From positions 1-37,537 of the forward strand of contig JBKOZJ010000099.1 in assembly GCA_046725875.1 (NCBI GenBank): a DNA stretch of 37,537 nt, read 5' to 3'. The position numbers and the translations under genes are program-made. This document shows, piece after piece, positions 35,168-37,537 of this stretch. The notes beneath the pieces are model-generated. The model worked only from the letters and a program-made list of their open reading frames with translations, was not told the origin of the DNA and made no database searches. The stretch's first letter is position 1. The number at the start of each line of letters is the position of its first letter. This stretch comes from Actinomycetota bacterium (GTDB lineage Bacteria > Actinomycetota > Actinomycetes > JAKEEW01).

Positions 35168-37537
35168 ATGGGTAGCGAGCGGAGGGTGAGCGATGTTGTC
35201 CGGCGGGTACGGGATTCCGCCACCGACGGGTCTCGCTCGGGGTTGGAAACGCTGCGTAAGCTCGGCCGTGTGGAGTACGGCTCGCGGTCGCGGCGGCGGG
35301 CGGGAGCAAAACTCCTGCTTGTGCTCGTCGCGGCCGCGGCTGCCGGCGGTCTGATCGCCTCGCTGCTCGTCCTCCCGTTCGTCGGCGGTCTTGGGCTGGT
35401 CGCGAAGTCCGCGGCCGAGGACTTCGAGGGCCGATCGGCGAATTTCGACCTGCCGCCGCTGGCTTTGCCTAGCAAGATTCTCGACGAGGACGGGAAGGTA
35501 ATCGCAACCTTCTACACCCAGAACCGCATCTTTGTGCCGCTAGAGAAGATCGACCCGGTAATGCGGGACGCGATCCTGGCGATCGAGGACGCCCGCTTCT
35601 ACGAGCACGGCGCCTTGGACCCGCATGGGACGATTCGAGCGCTCGTCACTAACCTGCGGGCCGGCGGAGTCGAGCAAGGTGCGTCCTCGCTCACCCAGCA
35701 GCTTGTCAAAAACGTGCTGATCCAGCAGGCGGGCGACGACAAGAAGGCGATCGACGAGGCCCGCGCCGAGACGCTCGAGCGCAAGCTGCAGGAGCTGCGC
35801 TATGCGGTTGAGCTGGAGAAGAAGTACACCAAGGACCAGATCTTCCAGTCCTATCTCAACATCGCCTATTTCGGTAGCGGCGCCTACGGCGTAGGAGCCG
35901 CGGCGCGCTATTACTTCGGCACTAAGGCCGACAAGTTGAACTTGGCGCAGGCGGCGCTGCTGGCCGGGATCGTCAAGAACCCGTGGTTGTACGACCCGAC
36001 CAACGGCAGCACGGCCGCGCAGAAGAAACAGTTCCGGGCCAACGCGCTGGAACGCCGCAATACTGTGCTCGACCGGATGGTCGAGCTCAAGATGATCGCA
36101 CCGCGGGTCGCGGCCGCGACCAAGAAGAAGCGACTCAACCTCCATCTGCACCCCACGCCGAACGGCTGCTACTCGTCGACGGTGTCGGCGCCCTTGTTCT
36201 GCCAGTACGTACAGAAGATCCTGCTGAGCGACCCGGCCTTCGGCAAGACCGCGAACGACCGGCGGAAGCTGCTGAACAATGGCGGCTTGACCATCCGGAC
36301 GACCCTCAACTCCAGGGCCCAGAAGGGCGCCGACGAGGCGATCGCGGAGAGGGTGTACCCGACCGATGACACAATCGCCGCGCTTGCCATGGTGGAGCCG
36401 GGAACAGGCGCGGTACGGGCCCTTTCTCAAAGCAAGGCGCTAGGGCTCGGTGGCTCGATCGAGGAGACCGACCTCAACTTCACCGTCGACCAGGAGTATG
36501 GCGGCTCGTCGGGCTTCCAACCCGGTTCGTCCATGAAGGCCTTCACCGCTGCCGCTGCCATCGAGAAGGGCATCCGGGCCAACCACACCATCAACGTGCC
36601 GTATCTTCTGCCCTCCTCGTCGCTGGGGATGCAGCGAAACTGCCAGGGCGGGAAGGTCTTCGCTGACTGGGATCCCGGCTCCCAAAACGAGAATCCCGAG
36701 GAGAACGGGCGCTACACCATGGTGCGAGCGTTCGATGACTCGGTGAACAACTACTTCATCAAGTTGACCGATGAGGTTGGGCTGTGCCCCGTCGTCGAGA
36801 TGGCCGAGCGGCTCGGGGTGCACCGCGCTGACATCGTCACCGAGGCTGACCTTCCGGACAAGAAGAAACCGGAGAGTGAATGGACCGAGGATCAGAAGCG
36901 GGTTGCCGAACTAGGCCTCAAGGTTGGACAGCGGTTCCCGTTGAAGCAGATCTACAGCTTCACGCTTGGGAGCAACGAGGTCGCACCGCTGACGATGGCG
37001 ACCGCGTATGCGACGTTCGCCGCCCGCGGCATCTACTGCCAGCCTTACGCCATACAGAGCGTCTTTCGAGGCGGGAAGCGGCTCGCGGTCCCGCACCACA
37101 GCTGCGAGAGGAAAATAAGCACCAAAGTCGCTGACGCGATGAACTATCTCTTCCAGGACGTGATCAAGAACGGAACGGCCGCCGGGAACGCCCTCGACGG
37201 CGGTCGTCCGGCCGGCGGAAAGACTGGTACCACCGACTACAAAGCCCACGGCGTCTGGTTCATCGGCTTTACCCCGCAGTTGAGCACCGCGGTGGTCGCC
37301 GGCGACCCACAATGCGACGGAAGCGTCGACGACTGCACGCTGAATGGTCGAGTTATCGGCGGTCACTACTTCGACACCGTGTTCGGTGCGACAGTCCCGG
37401 CACCGATCTGGAAGGCCACGATGGATTACGCCCTGGAGGGCGAGCCGTTCAAGAACTTCAAGCGGCCGGACTGGAAGTACATCGTCGGCGACCAGAACAC
37501 GGTGCCCGACCTCTCCGGTCGGCAGGTTGACGACGCG
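35168..37537 (+). CDS. ponA2: Class A penicillin-binding protein PonA2 (GT51 + transpeptidase + start of PASTA), truncated by the window end
   Basis: Missing from the ORF track because it has no stop in the window. Manual translation gives a TM, AIEDARFYEHG, GASSLTQQ, RKLQE, GSSMK (SxxK), SVN, KTGT and terminal TVPDLSG. Confidence 0.94.
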   Translation, partial: MGSERRVSDVVRRVRDSATDGSRSGLETLRKLGRVEYGSRSRRRAGAKLLLVLVAAAAAGGLIASLLVLPFVGGLGLVAKSAAEDFEGRSANFDLPPLALPSKILDEDGKVIATFYTQNRIFVPLEKIDPVMRDAILAIEDARFYEHGALDPHGTIRALVTNLRAGGVEQGASSLTQQLVKNVLIQQAGDDKKAIDEARAETLERKLQELRYAVELEKKYTKDQIFQSYLNIAYFGSGAYGVGAAARYYFGTKADKLNLAQAALLAGIVKNPWLYDPTNGSTAAQKKQFRANALERRNTVLDRMVELKMIAPRVAAATKKKRLNLHLHPTPNGCYSSTVSAPLFCQYVQKILLSDPAFGKTANDRRKLLNNGGLTIRTTLNSRAQKGADEAIAERVYPTDDTIAALAMVEPGTGAVRALSQSKALGLGGSIEETDLNFTVDQEYGGSSGFQPGSSMKAFTAAAAIEKGIRANHTINVPYLLPSSSLGMQRNCQGGKVFADWDPGSQNENPEENGRYTMVRAFDDSVNNYFIKLTDEVGLCPVVEMAERLGVHRADIVTEADLPDKKKPESEWTEDQKRVAELGLKVGQRFPLKQIYSFTLGSNEVAPLTMATAYATFAARGIYCQPYAIQSVFRGGKRLAVPHHSCERKISTKVADAMNYLFQDVIKNGTAAGNALDGGRPAGGKTGTTDYKAHGVWFIGFTPQLSTAVVAGDPQCDGSVDDCTLNGRVIGGHYFDTVFGATVPAPIWKATMDYALEGEPFKNFKRPDWKYIVGDQNTVPDLSGRQVDDA

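Overview
High-GC actinobacterial chromosome segment that follows the conserved core block known from Streptomyces (around SCO3547-SCO3580) and M. tuberculosis (around Rv3649-Rv3682). Gene order: hppA, apgA-like anti-sigma, bldG, DUF1998 helicase, Tad/Flp pilus operon (ssd-tadA-tadB-tadC-flp-tadE-tadE), 6C RNA, HAD hydrolase, then epoxide hydrolase, DUF309, marP, CoA NUDIX, nth, crp, MBL hydrolase, NUDIX, ridA, DUF4177, two ArsA/GET3-like ATPases, wblA/whiB4 and ponA2 (cut by the window end). Main departures from the usual layout: (1) a ~4 kb insert between the helicase and the Tad operon encoding an orphan receiver/glutaredoxin-like/TrxR-like flavoprotein without CxxC, translationally coupled to a His/Trp-rich multi-TM class III nucleotide cyclase, which is the best candidate for an undescribed redox-to-cyclic-nucleotide module; (2) an Ms1-like RNA that is inverted and ~1.6 kb from its usual site, with a similar promoter module left at that site; (3) a 41-bp triple repeat that copies the tadC RBS/start and creates a chain of coupled mini-ORFs; (4) a cluster of degenerate partner-switching proteins with apparent frameshifts in the first 2.2 kb. 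No CRISPR, tRNA, rRNA or transposase was seen. All family calls come from motif reading and recalled synteny, not from database searches.
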